In this document: piece by piece, positions 47,551 through 60,577 of the stretch
Numbering within the stretch: position 1 is the first letter of the stretch
How the letters are laid out: every line of letters starts with the position of its first letter
Assembly: GCF_963921235.1 (NCBI RefSeq)
Contig: NC_086108.1
Span: 75,890,001 to 75,954,000 of the forward strand
Direction: 5' to 3'
DNA: 64,000 nt
Source: Mobula hypostoma
Lineage: Eukaryota
Notes under the pieces: generated by a model
What the model saw: only the letters and a program-made list of their open reading frames with translations
Database searches by the model: none
Told to the model about the DNA's origin: nothing
Position numbers and translations under genes: made by a program

Positions 47551-49964
47551 CTATGTGAATGGGTTTTTTCCCCCCCCCGTACTAACTGCAGTTTCAAAAA
47601 GCTCTCTGCAGTAGCTGGTCCAAACCCATTGGGATGTAAGTTAATCATGAATTATCATTGCTATATTGGCCTCCTTGTTGGATTTTATTGACAGACGTGG
47701 CAAGCACAGGAACCTGAAGTTCAATTGTCATTGAGGGTGGACAGGAAAATAAAGTGCCTGCTTCCTGATGCATGGAGGGGAAATGTCTGCTTTCTGACCA
47801 AGGTGTGAACAGCTTGCTTTTATGTTAAAAATATTTATGAGTGACTTGGAGAAAGTAAATGGCCGTGAGAAGTGATTAGGATAGTAAACTTTTTCCTCCC
47901 TGCAAAAGTAGAGCACTGCATTTCAGTCTCCTTGTAGGGTGGGCCAGTAGTCATGTTCTCAGCTCGAGCCTTGGGGTGGTCACTCTGATGGCTGGAGCCC
48001 CGGAACAGGATGGAAGTTTTGGGCTGTTTGGGCATTTTCCCCTCTCCCCCTCCCCCCGATTATTGAAGATGTTTATTTTATGAGCAAATTATTCTGAATT
48101 GTACTTTCTGTTAGGATTTTGGAGAGAATTATTTTTTGTTTTAACCCCTGGGCTTTTGATAATATTATCACATGCAGGTTTTGCAACACAATTTACTAAA
48201 TCACCCTGTTCTTAATAGCAGCTAGTGTGAAATGGGACCAATGGTATAAATTGTATCAGTCAATGTTCCCCTATTTGCTGTAGCTTAAATATTATTAGAT
48301 TGTGCTTAAGTCATTGTCCAGATTCAGCAAAGTGAACAATTTAATTATACTTGTATTGAGTTATAAAGATTTCTTTCTTCTGTTACTGCTAAAGATATAT
48401 TGTGAAGAACATTTTCTTAGATTGAAATGCTACATGAACTGTTGATTCAGTGACGACATATAATGCTGCAATTCTGAGTGAGTAGTTTCTATGGTGCAGT
48501 TTCTACTTAAGACCTTTGTGTAAGGGAAGTGATTTGAAAGTATATTCTAAATTGTGTTAATTTTGTTAGGCTCAGATGTCTAACTTTTTGTTGAGTTTTT
48601 GGAGGGTGGGAAGAACCAAGTGATCATTCTTGTTTAATGTGGAACTGCTCAATGCACATTGAATTTTTCAGGTTCTTTTGAATTGGCCTTGCTTGTGTTA
48701 CTTTTCCTTCTCAAATAGGAGTATTCGTGTGTGCATCCTTTTAAATATGCAGTGTTAGTTTGCATTTTTTTGTTGCCCTTGCACAGATCAATTGAAATTG
48801 AATCTTAATTATTTGGGCACTGGCTACAAAATTAATTTCAGGCAGTTTTTCATTTGTATGTGCAAGGTTAGCTTTAAGGCTGTGATGGTAATAACTTTTG
48901 TAGACAAAGTATTTACAAACAGTAGATTTTAAAAGATGCCACTTTTCCTTTGGTAAGTTTATTAGTGAATTGAGTAATAAAACAGTCAAAGGGTTCTGCA
49001 CTGTTGTTCACATGGAGGTGCTGAGTGTTATCATGGAGATGGTTCAAGTGTTGAATGGTTTGTAAAAGTTGGATTTCTCACTGCAGTGCTTCCAGTCTTT
49101 TTTTGATGGAAATACTCCCTGACTTTCATTCGGTATCCTTCTGCTTTACGGTCATCTTGATCTTCAGCTGATGGTGCTTAACACAACTGAGCAAACTCCT
49201 GTGAGTCAACAGGTTGAAGGGAACGATACTGATTTCCACAAGCCTGTTGTGCCTTTGAGTAGGATTGTGGTTGACTCATATCCCTAGCTTGCTTTACCTG
49301 CTTTCTTTTCAAACTTTTTGGAATTTTGGGGTAATGGCACCAATCTTCAGAAACATCCATGGCTTGATTTTGAAGAGGAGGATGTCATGTTGGACAGGTG
49401 TGAGATTGGACATGAAAATGTCTCTTTTTCATGCTGGTATTTGAGTAATTTAAAGCACAAAGGACTCTTCAGTATGGATTCACCCACCAGTAGAAACTTT
49501 CTCTACACTTAACACGATTGGATTTGAGTATTCTGCTGTTGAGACAAGCTTTTTAATATTCCATATCCATTGATATAAAGGCCAGTGATGTACTCTGTGA
49601 ACCTTTGCATTTTTGTCTGTAAGTAAGCATCTAGATGCATTGTTCCACTGTTTTGTCAAGAAGAGGCACTATATTGCCTATTTTGCTGGCTGGTTGCAGT
49701 TATCAGCTGCAGGGCTGATTTAGTTTCTGCTTTTGACAACGTCAGCAGTGCTAGCCTTGCTTTCACTGGTCTACAATCTTATATTACTTGTAATGTGAAA
49801 GGATGAGGAAGAATTGCATATTACTCCATCAGACATTTCATTTTCAAACAGTATTATATAAAAGCCTGAGCCTTGATTATTGTTTTTAAATTTTAAATCT
49901 TAGTGAAATATCATTTTTGAAATCTAAGGAGTTGGTTAAGTACATAAAATGAAGTATGTGGTTG

Positions 49965-50770
49965 CAAAATAAAATGCTGGCAGAAACAGTCAATATTTCG
50001 GGCAGAGACCCTTCATTAGAACTGGGGGGGGGGCTGGAGATAGAATAAGGTGGGAGAGGGGAAGGAGGACAAGTTGGGAGGTGATTGTTGGAAAAGGTGT
50101 AAAGGACTGAAGGAGAAATCTGATGGGAGGAGGAGCACTGGAGTGTGTGTGTGGGGGGGGGGGGTGTTGATGGGCAGCTGCGGAGAAGAGGTAAGCGGCC
50201 AGAATGGGGAATTGAAGTGGGGGTGGAATTACTCTAAGTTGGAGAGATCTGTGTTCATGCCATCAGGTTGGTGACTACCTAGATGGAAAATGAAGTGTTG
50301 TTCCTCCAACCTGAGAGTGGCCTCATTGTGGCAGAAGACGAGGCCATGGACTGACATGTCGGAATGGGGATAGGAATTAAAATGGTTGGCTACTGGGAAA
50401 TCCTGATTTTTGTGGGTGGAGTGGAGGTGCTCAACGTAGCAGTCCCCCAGTCTACATCAGGGCCACTGGATACAGTAAACAAACCCAACAGATTCCCAGG
50501 TGAAGGATTGTTTGGGGCCCTGAAAGGAGATGAGGGACGAAGTGAATGGGCAGGTGTAGCACTTCTGGCACTTGCATGGATAAGTGCCAGAAAGGAGTTT
50601 ACTGGGGAGAGCTGAATGGACAAAAGGAATCGTGGAGGGAATGATCCCTGCGGAGAGTTGCGGGGTGGGGGTGTTGGTGTGGGGAGAGGTCAAGATGTAT
50701 TAGGTGGTAGATGCTACCTGACCTGCTGAGGTCTTCTAGCACTTGTTTCTTTGCTCCCAATTCCAAGATT
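49965..50770 (-). mobile_element. Penelope-like element: GIY-YIG region and pseudo-LTR, with a short inverted terminal copy at ~50708-50770
   Basis: GTYPCKCQKCYTCPFTSSL..GPKQSF..VYCI and LEEQHFIFHLGSHQPDGMN; degenerate hammerhead at 49987-50024 (CUAAUGA core). Confidence 0.8.
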
Positions 50771-50837
50771 TCTAATTTTCTTTTGTCTACTGTTAATTGC
50801 TATGTTCCTTTGATCATAATTCTGAACGTATTGCACA

Positions 50838-50852
50838 AGTGCCCCCTGGTGG
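50838..50852 (-). promoter_or_regulatory. CTCF-like motif
   Basis: Minus strand CCACCAGGGGGCACT closely matches the CTCF core CCACCAGGGGGCGC; lies in unique sequence. Confidence 0.45.
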
Positions 50853-53093
50853 ACTTCTGTATTCATAGCAATGGGGAATAGAGAAAGGATGGAAATATTT
50901 TCATGCTGTTCTTTTGTTCATTAAGTTGTAAATAAAATCAAATTCACACAAAACTAAATTATTCCTTCTTTAAATATTAACACCTTAAATTGAATGATAT
51001 ATTAGAATTGTTCTGCAGGTTTCAAAGTTAGATATGTATGAGTTGGGTAAAACATTTGTTACTTTTTCAATGTCTCCAATTTTAAATCATTGCCTTGTCT
51101 AACCATCAACTGAAACATAATAAAGGTATGAATAATTCTGCTAAAGAGATATTAATTTATCAAAGTAACAATTTCAAGAAGCTAGAAAAATTATCTGTTG
51201 GATTCTGAATGGACAGGCTTCTAGCATTTTCCTTGAATTTGCAAGACATGCTTGCAATCTTGGTAATCTCCAGATAATCTTTTAAATTTGAGGTTTTGTA
51301 ATTAGAGGAAACAACAAAAGTGGGGAAGCTGATGGGAAAACTTAAGAGATGTAGCTGTTCAAGAGACAATACCCTGAAGTAGTATTACCAAGTCTTTTGG
51401 GTTCAGAATAATATCTACAGTTTTGAAGGTATTAAATGCTATGCCAGGTCACATCTAGAATTTGACCAGCAAAAAGAGACTATTCAAGTCCATGAACCAA
51501 TGCAGAACAAGCCTGAAACTACTTGTATGAAAACCATAAAAGTACTGAAACCTTCTAAGTTTTGCAACCTATTAGAGGGAAGAACATTGCTCAAAAATTT
51601 CTGTGTTAAAGAAGATGTTCATTAAGATAGAGAAAGTGAACATCTAGCAATATTTACATAATACGTTCTTAAGGCAATGGTTCCCGGGAGCTCACCGACT
51701 GGCCGTGGATTTGGGGTAGTAAAACGAAATTTCACACCAGATATTTGGAGTTATTCTTTCATGCTCTGCATTTAGTCATGGAAATGTTTGCTATGAAAGG
51801 TTTATGGAGTCATTGTTTTTGTTCTTGTAATAGTTAACATTCCGCATTGACTGATTTCATTACGGAAGAAACTGAATAATTAGCTGCTTTATTCCAAAGT
51901 AGTGGCTTATGCAAACATTTAGATGTGTCTGTTTTGGAGAGAACACACTTTTTCCAAACCGAGTGATCATGGGCTTGAGTACTCTGTATCTTAAAGAATG
52001 GTAATAACATGTTTTACAAAAAATGTTCATGTTCCATAATATATTAGTTCTTAAAATTGCGGCATTTGTCCTTCTGAAATCTCTCCAGTGGAGAAAAGGC
52101 TGCAGTTTTAAAAACTAGTATTTTATGGAACCTTAACATCTTTGGGGGGAAAAAAATTGCTAGCCTCACAGAACTGCTCAAAAGACTAAAATGTTTAAAA
52201 TAATAAACAGATCAGTGATGTTACAACTGTATTTTTGATTTTACTTATAATTTAGTTCATGTTATAAACTGTTGACCATCTCATGATCTGCTCTCCAGCT
52301 ACCCTTTGTTACCAATATGTGTTTTTCCATTGACCTTAAGTATTCAACAGATATAACAAGGGCTGAGCAAAAATAACATAATATTAACTATGACAGACCA
52401 ATCTTGAAATGAAGAGATCTTGCAAAACATGCACATTTCAATATTACATTTTTAACTGGATAATGATGAAAAATGCAGTTTTTAATGAGGAGAAAAAAAC
52501 ATGGTTATTTCTTTTGCCTTGAGCAGACATCCTGTACAATTATTGAAGAAAAATTTCAGTTTGCTACATGTTAGTTGAAATTTAAGTTTTAGGATACTTG
52601 TATGTAGTAACATAACAGTACTTTTAAGATAAGAGTATGGCCTAGATATTTGCATTTTAAGTTATATTTGGTTATTAGGTAAAGATTTAGGGCTCCAAGG
52701 GAAAATTCCAAAATAGTGCAAGGAATTGTAATGTGCAGAATTGAAGCAGCATGTATCTCATTAGTAGACATTGCACCCCTACTGACAATGTATCAGCCTG
52801 TTGATATTGCTAATTTGTCATTTTTTGTGAAATTTTACTTGTTAGCAAGTGAGACTTAGAGAAAGTTGATCATTGACAACCTTCCCTGTGATTTGCATCT
52901 GATTGTGTAAAAAGTATACTTCTAAATTTGAGTGGAAACAGTTGCACTATTTGGATTGTCTTCAAATGATCAAAGTTGTGCAGAAAACTGCTGCAAACAT
53001 TTGTGTAATTTTAGTTTCCTATGGAATGTTTGTTTATGGCAATAAGTAGGAAATGTTCTGAATGTTAATTTTATACGATTGTCTTTTTCTTTT

Positions 53094-53125
53094 ATTAAAT
53101 TGATTTTCCCTTCAACTTGTGTGAA
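53094..53125 (+). terminator. Candidate distal polyadenylation site of the + strand gene
   Basis: ATTAAA after a U-rich tract, CA ~14 nt downstream, then TTGTGTG; ends a long repeat-poor AT-rich block. Confidence 0.35.
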
Positions 53126-53284
53126 TTCATTCATAAGTTACTTGCTTTGAGGCTGAGGTGTAATGGGTTGGCAAACTGCCCTTCATATGGAATCTGGGAA
53201 AGAAATTAAATGATTCCGCCCCCCCCCCATTTGAAAAGGATCTAATCAAGGGAACAGCTCAACTGAGCAGAAGTGGTGCAAGGA

Positions 53285-53870
53285 TCGATAAATCGTATTC
53301 ACTGAAATTTCATCTTGGTTCATTTAAACAGCTGAAATTCTTGTTTGTCACAGACATGCATGAAAACAAAGCGTGCCCTAAATAATGAGTGACAGTAAAA
53401 TTGTTAGAACCCCTATTCCCCCCCACACACACACCAGCAGCAAAGCATCGACCTTCCCCCACTTACTTCAGCCAAAAAAGCACCATCCATCCCCAAAGCA
53501 AGTAATAGCAAAATCTCTGCAGTACAACAAAAACGAATCGCTCACCCGTTAATTTGACATGCCACAGGTTCTCTCTGTCTCCCTCTCCCCCTCAAAGGGG
53601 CAGCGAGGGATCACTCAGCAAGAGGGGAGACAGACAAAAGAACTTGCTGATTTACGGTGTTCAAAGTCTGCTGCGTCACTTTTTCCAAGTTCTCCGACTC
53701 GAGAATCGGCAACAAACTCTTCCCACTGAGAGGGGGGCAATCTGAGTACAGAGCCCCCGACAGCTGATCTGATGTTCCATTTTCTCCGCAATGGCATAGG
53801 GCTGAAAAGCCTCAAAACCCCAAAGGGCATGCTCGTCTTTGAGGCAGTGCCCTTGGGAACGGGAAGCATT
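53285..53870 (-). mobile_element. Non-autonomous LINE-related element, unclassified
   Basis: GC-richer non-coding block with a Rex1-like tail complement (CTGAAATTCTTGTTTG) at its left end. Confidence 0.4.
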
Positions 53871-54774
53871 GCTGTAAAGAATGTACTAGGTTCTAGATTT
53901 TCTTCTATTACATCATGTTTTTGATGTCCGATAACAATCAGGATCTAAATACCCGCATTTGTTTCTGTTCAGGTGGTTTCACGGAAATATGCTAGTCTGC
54001 TGATGGATAATTACAATATAATAAACAAACACGGGCAGGGCTTGGTATTTTTCTGTAAATGAGAGTTGAGAATGGTTTTTATGGGCATAGTACAGGGAGT
54101 TGTTTCGTGTTTAACCTTTCAGTAGAGGTCCAAAAATGTTGATTGGTTTCTCAGTTTTGATGCAGCTGCTATTTAAAACTTAAATATTTTTTCAATGTCT
54201 AGTTTGTACATACAAATGCTCTGCAGGTTAAATTGTTCTTAAATTAATCAGTTTTCTGATTAGCTTGGTAACTGCTGCATTGTTTTCAATGTCCAAACCT
54301 TTTGAAAATAATCCATTCATCAATATACACGCCTTCTGATATGAATGTCAAGATTTCACATTTATTCAGATTTAAAGTAAAACCAGAATTTCTTGTCTTA
54401 CTTCCCTTTTGATTGTTACCTAATTACATGAAGCTTGTCACCCTATTCCACAGCTTAACAGCCTAGACAAGTGGCACAAAGATGATATTTAATCTGCCTC
54501 AGGGAACGCTTTGTCCCGGAAGCTGTCCAAATATATTTAACTTTCTGTGCTTTTGTTCCACTGAAGTATAATTTTATGGCAATTTTAATTCAGTTGCAAG
54601 TCAGTGATCTCTGGTTAAACTATTATGGTAAACTGTTCTATACATGAACATCTTTCTTTATTTTCTCATAATAGTTTGAACATGATGGTTCACCACTTCC
54701 ACCCTAACCTGAGAAAACAGCCCTTCATGATTCACACAATCTCAACCCTCTATTCTTACCACATTTTGTTGTCT

Positions 54775-55012
54775 TAAATCCATTACCCCTCCCTGGGGCA
54801 TAGGGTGCTGACAGCAGCTTGCCAATCCTCTGTCCTGGGCAAGTTGTCCCCAGGTGTAACCCATCTTCTATGTAGTTTCTAAGTGAAGATCCTTCCTCTT
54901 CCAGGGATGAGATCTTTGGAGCTTCTCAGTGTTTCTGTAGCTCTGGGTTTTTACAAAATGGAGATTTTAGCCACAGGCCCAACTCTCCTCCTTTAGCAAC
55001 CAGGCTTGGTCC
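54775..55012 (-). mobile_element. RTE-type non-autonomous fragment
   Basis: Minus strand GAGTTGGGCCTGTGGCTAAAATCTCCATTTTGTAAAAACCC and an end CCCTATGCCCCAGGGAGGGGTAATGG resembling RTE termini. Confidence 0.45.
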
Positions 55013-57806
55013 TATTTTAAGCCTAAATTAAAATTAACACCAGCACATCAAATCTTCCTTTCCTGAATTCTTCAGTCCTGGGGTTCTTTATGGCCTTCTG
55101 CTTCCATCCATGAGGGCCAAGGGCACGCCCTTCTGTCTTTCAGCTAGTTGAAGGACGGAAATGATCCAATGACCTCTGATAAACTACTACAAAAATGAAG
55201 TTCTCAGAAATTAATTCTCCTGGAGGGAGATTAAGAGATGTAAATTATTTATTTTGGTCATGATTTTTAAAAAAATCTGATTTGTAAACTAATATTTAAA
55301 ATGTACACTATAAAGCACACTTGTTACAATATTCTATATATAGAAGATTGCCTTTAGGAAAAAATAGATCATACTTTCACAATATAAGCACACATGGTAC
55401 TGTTTCCAAAATTCATAGAGGGACATCCTTTTAAACAATGTTTTATTTTGAATGTACTTAAAACCTAAAGCAAACAATTATTTAACAATTTTTCCAATCT
55501 ATCTAGCTACCTGTAAGTAATTTTTATGGAAAACCATTTCTTGATTAACAACTTCCATACCCAGTCATAATGCCTGATATTGAAAGGTACAAAATTAACC
55601 TGGTCCAGCAGTTGCACCTTTTGCTTCACTAGAAGACTCAAAGGGAGCAGGATGCACCATTGTGGAGTTGGGAACTTGATTTTTGTACCCACTGGATAGG
55701 AGTGTTCTGAGCAACAATGCTTTAGCAAATGCTTTATGCCTTATATTTCCTAACATTGTTCTGCATTGACACGCTCTATGAGCTTACCTGTGAATATTTA
55801 AGTTTACTTTCCATTTGTCCTGCTGGATGTCATTTCATTTTTCTTTCAATGACTTCACCTCCGAGGGAACAAGAGGTAGAGTTGAATCTGAATGGGGAAG
55901 TTTGGAGTGAACAAGTTAATATTCTATGCTGCCTCTTTCATTAAGATGGTGTTGCTGTTCTAGGGTGATAGTCTGGGAAGACTATCGGTATAACTAAGAT
56001 CTGCAGGATATCAGAACAGCTCGGTTAGTGAACAGTACAGCTTGAGTGGTTACCTTCTAACCTGCAATGACTGTACTGATCTTTCAAAGTATTAAATTGG
56101 TTGTGATGCTGGTGTTGCTGGCAGAACTGCAGGTTACAGCCTATGGGACAGGTGGTTTGATGTTACAGATATAATACTGCACAACAGCAGACATCAGCTG
56201 GAAATGGATCATATTGCTGCCACAAAACAACAAAATTTGTGACGTGTCTGATAATAAACCCGATTCTGACAAGGTATAAGTCTGGATCCGATGACTGCAG
56301 TCTTTTTTTTAAAAAAGGAAACCTATCTCTGCTATTTCCCAATAAAGAGGGTCTGCACCTCCATGAACTTGCTACTTTTTGGTAGACATCTGAATTTGAC
56401 ATATGGTTATTCCCATAGTTTGATAAATTGGCAGCAGACATCTAGGGTAGGTGGATTGTGGTTTTTATACCAAGATGGATAAACGCCATTGTATTTGTAA
56501 ATTATTTTTAATCAAAGTAATGGTATGAAGCCAAAGCATAGGGAAAAAATACCCTATGCATAAGGTTTATAGACAATGGCTTTATTTTTTCTGGAACCAC
56601 TGGGTGAAGCCCTTTTAACCATGAAACATATACAAACATTTGGATATTTAGTTTAACAATGTATTTACTTCTGTTTACAAAAACTGTTCTTTTCTCCTCA
56701 CTGTAAGGTCATAGTTGAACTAATGTTTAACTGATGTTTCTAATTTTGTTTCTACTATTGGGTAAGCAGGATCTTAAAACAAGATTATTTCCAAATAATT
56801 ACATATAAAACAACCATAGTGCAATTTCATCTCCTTGTAAACAGTTCTTCTGGGTGTTTCCCGTTTTTAGTAACTGCTTTCCGTATCAACCTTGTGCACA
56901 ACTATTAATTCAGAATCATATCTTTGGTTTACCAGTAGCCCATATGCAAGCACAAATAATTGAGAAATGCAGCTAGAGATTATTTCAATAACTATGATTA
57001 ATTACCCATTTTCGTCCACCATAGTATGCATTTGGTGGGAGAAAAGTGGGATTAATACTAAAGCAATTTTTGGATAAATCAGTTATTTCACATTTCTGTA
57101 AAAGGTGCCACGTCAGCCCCCTTTTAAGTTAACTGACAGATTTTATAATAAATCCAATATTTTGGTTTTAGTTTCACAGAAGGTAAATGTAGCCTGAGAA
57201 TTTTATTTACTTTATCCAGAGATGCAGCACAGAATAGGCCCTTCCAGCTCTGTGCCACACAGACCAGCACTGCTAGAGAAAGCGTATACATTCTATGGGG
57301 AGGACACGCAGAAAACACCAGAATTGAACTCCAAACTCCGATGCCACGAGCCTATTTTATAGCCTCTTATAAGAAGCACACACACTTCAGAGTGAATTGG
57401 ATGGGGCATCACTGTTAGAGTGCAATACCACTGTCATCTACCAATTTCTTAAATCTAAGTGATTTCAATTTTAATCATGAACAGTAACATTAACCATCAA
57501 ACTTTAAGTGATCAGAAATGGACTAGGACTTGAAATCCTAATACTAATTATACTTTCAGTAGCATAAATATAAACTCAAAACATTGATTTGTCTGCCTCA
57601 AGTATCACAGCATTAAGAATAATAACTCCAGCCTTTGGAACATACACAATTTCCAGCATCTGCAGATTTTCTGGTGTTTGAGCTCCAGCCTTTGAACTGG
57701 ATTAATTTGATTAAGGGGAAGAAATCTTGAGAGTATGAAAATCCTTTTGAGAGATTTTTGCAGTAATGCCTCCTTGCAGGTTTCCAGTTCCCGGAGACTT
57801 CAAATA

Positions 57807-57943
57807 TCAGGATAGATCACTGAGATTTAATTCAGGTGGACTATCAGATAATCCTTCCAAGTTCACACTGACATCGTCATCTGAAGACATTTTTGGTTCT
57901 CTTTCATCTTCCCTTATGCCCAAAGGGGAGCTGCATCTGCCAT
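57807..57943 (-). CDS. Terminal coding exon of an unidentified minus-strand gene (acidic, Ser-rich C-terminus)
   Basis: Branch-like CTCAC plus gttttcttccattgtag| acceptor; phase-1 frame (D)GRCSSPLGIREDEREPKMSSDDDVSVNLEGLSDSPPELNLSDLS*; followed by AT-rich sequence with minus-strand AATAAA at 57202, 56581, 55442 and 55248. Confidence 0.65.
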
Positions 57944-58428
57944 CTACAATGGAAGAAAACGGTGAGTTTATTAACTGCAATCATTAGCTGAACATGTACA
58001 CTTCCTGAAGTAATTGGTAGCGAAAGTACTGCAGAATCCCACTGACATCTTGACAACAATTTCTTCTGATTTCCATCTATTTGTGAAAAAGAACCATCAA
58101 GGTGTTTGATCAGTCTTGTGTTTTCTTACTCTTCTATCCGCTGGCAGAGAAAGCAGACGGGCTAGAATTTTAGCTGTGTGAATAAGTGACTTGCATGGGT
58201 ATCATGCTACCTTTTCGATGGCAAGTTATACTACATTATTAGGAATGGAAGAAATCAAGGAAGTACCTAATGTTAGATAGTGATGACCATAATTTCAAAA
58301 TCTTGTTAGTGCTTAGAAACAAATTGACAATGTTGTTTCTAATTATTGTTAAATCCTAGAAGAACGACTGCAGTATACCTCATCATGTGGTCCCTGGGAC
58401 AAGAAATCTCTGGCTGTCATTTCGATCA

Positions 58429-59211
58429 CAGTGGATGCAGGTTAATTGAGTCATTGGTTAATCAAGGCAGCTGCTTATTTGGGACAACTCTTAGAGTAAA
58501 AGCTAATGGAGAAAATATCTAGAGTTCCCTTCATTTATCTGGGATACTATACTGCTTAATTGGAACAGGAGACTGTTGCCAAGTTTCTAACTAGAGTCAA
58601 TCATGTGCACAGCGTGTGGCCATTAGAACTTGGAGTGAACAGTTTTAAAATGTCACTTGTATGCGTTTGTGTTCAAAAAGCAGTGACTTCTGTCATTGAT
58701 AGTTGGCACATAATAAGCAGCAAGATAATTCAGAACTGTTTTGCTTAATATGGTTTCAGGCTGAGAGATGCCAGAAATGGCCGGGAGTGAAAATGAACGA
58801 TTTCACTACTTCAAGTTAGGCAGTACAAAGAATTTGTAGTTATCAACAATCATCGTGAATGTTATGATGAAAAAGAAGATATGGAGGATGCAATCGTCGA
58901 TAGCATTACAGGAAGGTGTTTCATTATCTACACTGATTTTGTTTGTTTACAATCAAGAGAACAACAGATACTGTGTTAATTCCTGTCAATAACTATTAGG
59001 AACTAATAGACAGTTTTATAGCTCTGTAGTAGTTTTGGTAGTGGTCTCATTTGTTCTGTATTTCATTTAATACATAATTTGTTACTTAGGTGATAGTTTA
59101 CCGTCTTTACCTTTTTAACTATTTCCATGAAGCTTTGTCAAATTGGGGCAACTGCTTAATTGATCCAAAATGCTATGGTTCCAATGTGTCCCAGTTAACC
59201 AGAATCCACTG
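58429..59211 (+). mobile_element. pogo/Tigger-like MITE with both TIRs
   Basis: CAGTGGATGCAGGTTAATTG … CAGTTAACCAGAATCCACTG; internal transposase C-terminal remnant AVTSVIDSWHIISSKIIQNCFA. Confidence 0.8.
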
Positions 59212-59849
59212 CATTTCATCACAATTTACTCCAAGTATTCTGCCAGGTTTACTGTAACCACAGCAATGAAGTATCATAGAGCCAGTTGTTTAGTGACTAA
59301 CCTATCTGATAACACTGTACAATTAATGTGTGGTATAGATGCATTCACAGTGAGCCTTATTTGCTTGCCATTTGTATCAACTGCTGCTGCAAACAAAGTT
59401 TAATTTAAAGGGGGTTAGAAACCAGGGCCCTACCAAATCTGAAGGGTGCAGGGCAGCCATTACTTAGTGAGCCAGATTTCAAACAGTCAGAGTTTCCAAT
59501 AGGACACGGAGCAGAGTATTTGAATTATAATCTTTCTTTTGATCTCTCCACCCTTCCTGCCTTTCTCACCTGTTAATTTTTTCTTGTTTTAATGAAATGT
59601 TAACACTTCTCCTTCAAATGTTTTATTTCAAAGTTCAGTAGCTGCAGCTGTTTGCTTTTGAAATATGGACGTTGGTGTCCAATACCATGGAACTATCAAA
59701 AAGTAAATTTTTATTCATTTGGATTAAAATTCCACTATTCTACAGGTCACTGCTTTTAAAGAAAGTTAAGCCATATTACCTTAGATTTTGTGATCCAGCA
59801 TCAATCTGATTTTTCCCAATCTTCCTGCATATTGAAATTGTCCCATGAC

Positions 59850-60395
59850 TATCGTAACATTGCCCTTAACACATGCCTTTTCTATCTCCCATTCTAATTT
59901 ATATCCCACACCCTGGCTACTGTTCAGGTGCCTGTATATAACTTCCATCAGGCTGTTCTTACCCTGGCAGTTTCTGAACTGTACCCAAAAGGATTCTAAT
60001 CTTCCAATCCTATATCTTCTCTTTCTAAGGATTTGATTTCTTTTTTTTTTAAACTAACAGATTTGTTGAGAATTCTCACTGGAAAATGAATGTCAGGGTT
60101 TTAAATGGTGATATACATGTACTTTGAGAATAAAGTTTACTTTGAAACTTCAATCCAAAGATTACTACTTTGGAGGTTCTGCTTTGCAGCCTCTTCCCCA
60201 ATTCCCTATAATCACTGCGCAGGACCCCTTTTCCCTCATTTCCAACCGTTCTGAGAAATCCTGGACTCTAGCACCTGGAAGGCAACACACCATCCTGGCT
60301 TCTATTTCACAGCCACAGAATCTGCTGTCTGTACCCCTAACTATCAAGTCTCCTATCACTATCGCTCTGCCCAACTTCACCCTTCTCTGCTGAAT
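59850..60395 (-). mobile_element. CR1 fragments (APE piece and ORF1 esterase piece) separated by a Rex1-type tail (~60085-60152)
   Basis: GRAIVIGDLIVRGTDSRFCGCEIEARMVCCLPGARVQD is a CR1 ORF1 SGNH esterase motif. Confidence 0.75.
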
Positions 60396-60577
60396 GTGTA
60401 GGAGATGGCTGTTTGGAGCAGCTTGTGGTTGAGTCCTCTAGGGGGAAAGCAATTGTGGATTGGATGTTGTGTAATGAACCACATTCGATTAGGGAGCTTG
60501 AGGAACCTTATGAAACAGTGATCATAATATGATAGAATTCAACATGCAGCTTGAGAGGGTAAAGATAATGTTAGATG

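Noticed and set aside
55507..55728. 73-aa minus-strand ORF downstream of the terminal exon
   Set aside because: No recognisable motif or splice context; probably chance ORF in UTR sequence
59570..59680. Possible upstream exon of the minus-strand gene (AG|gtgaga donor at ~59570)
   Set aside because: The frame needed for a phase-1 junction has a stop within seven codons, and the other frames are also closed
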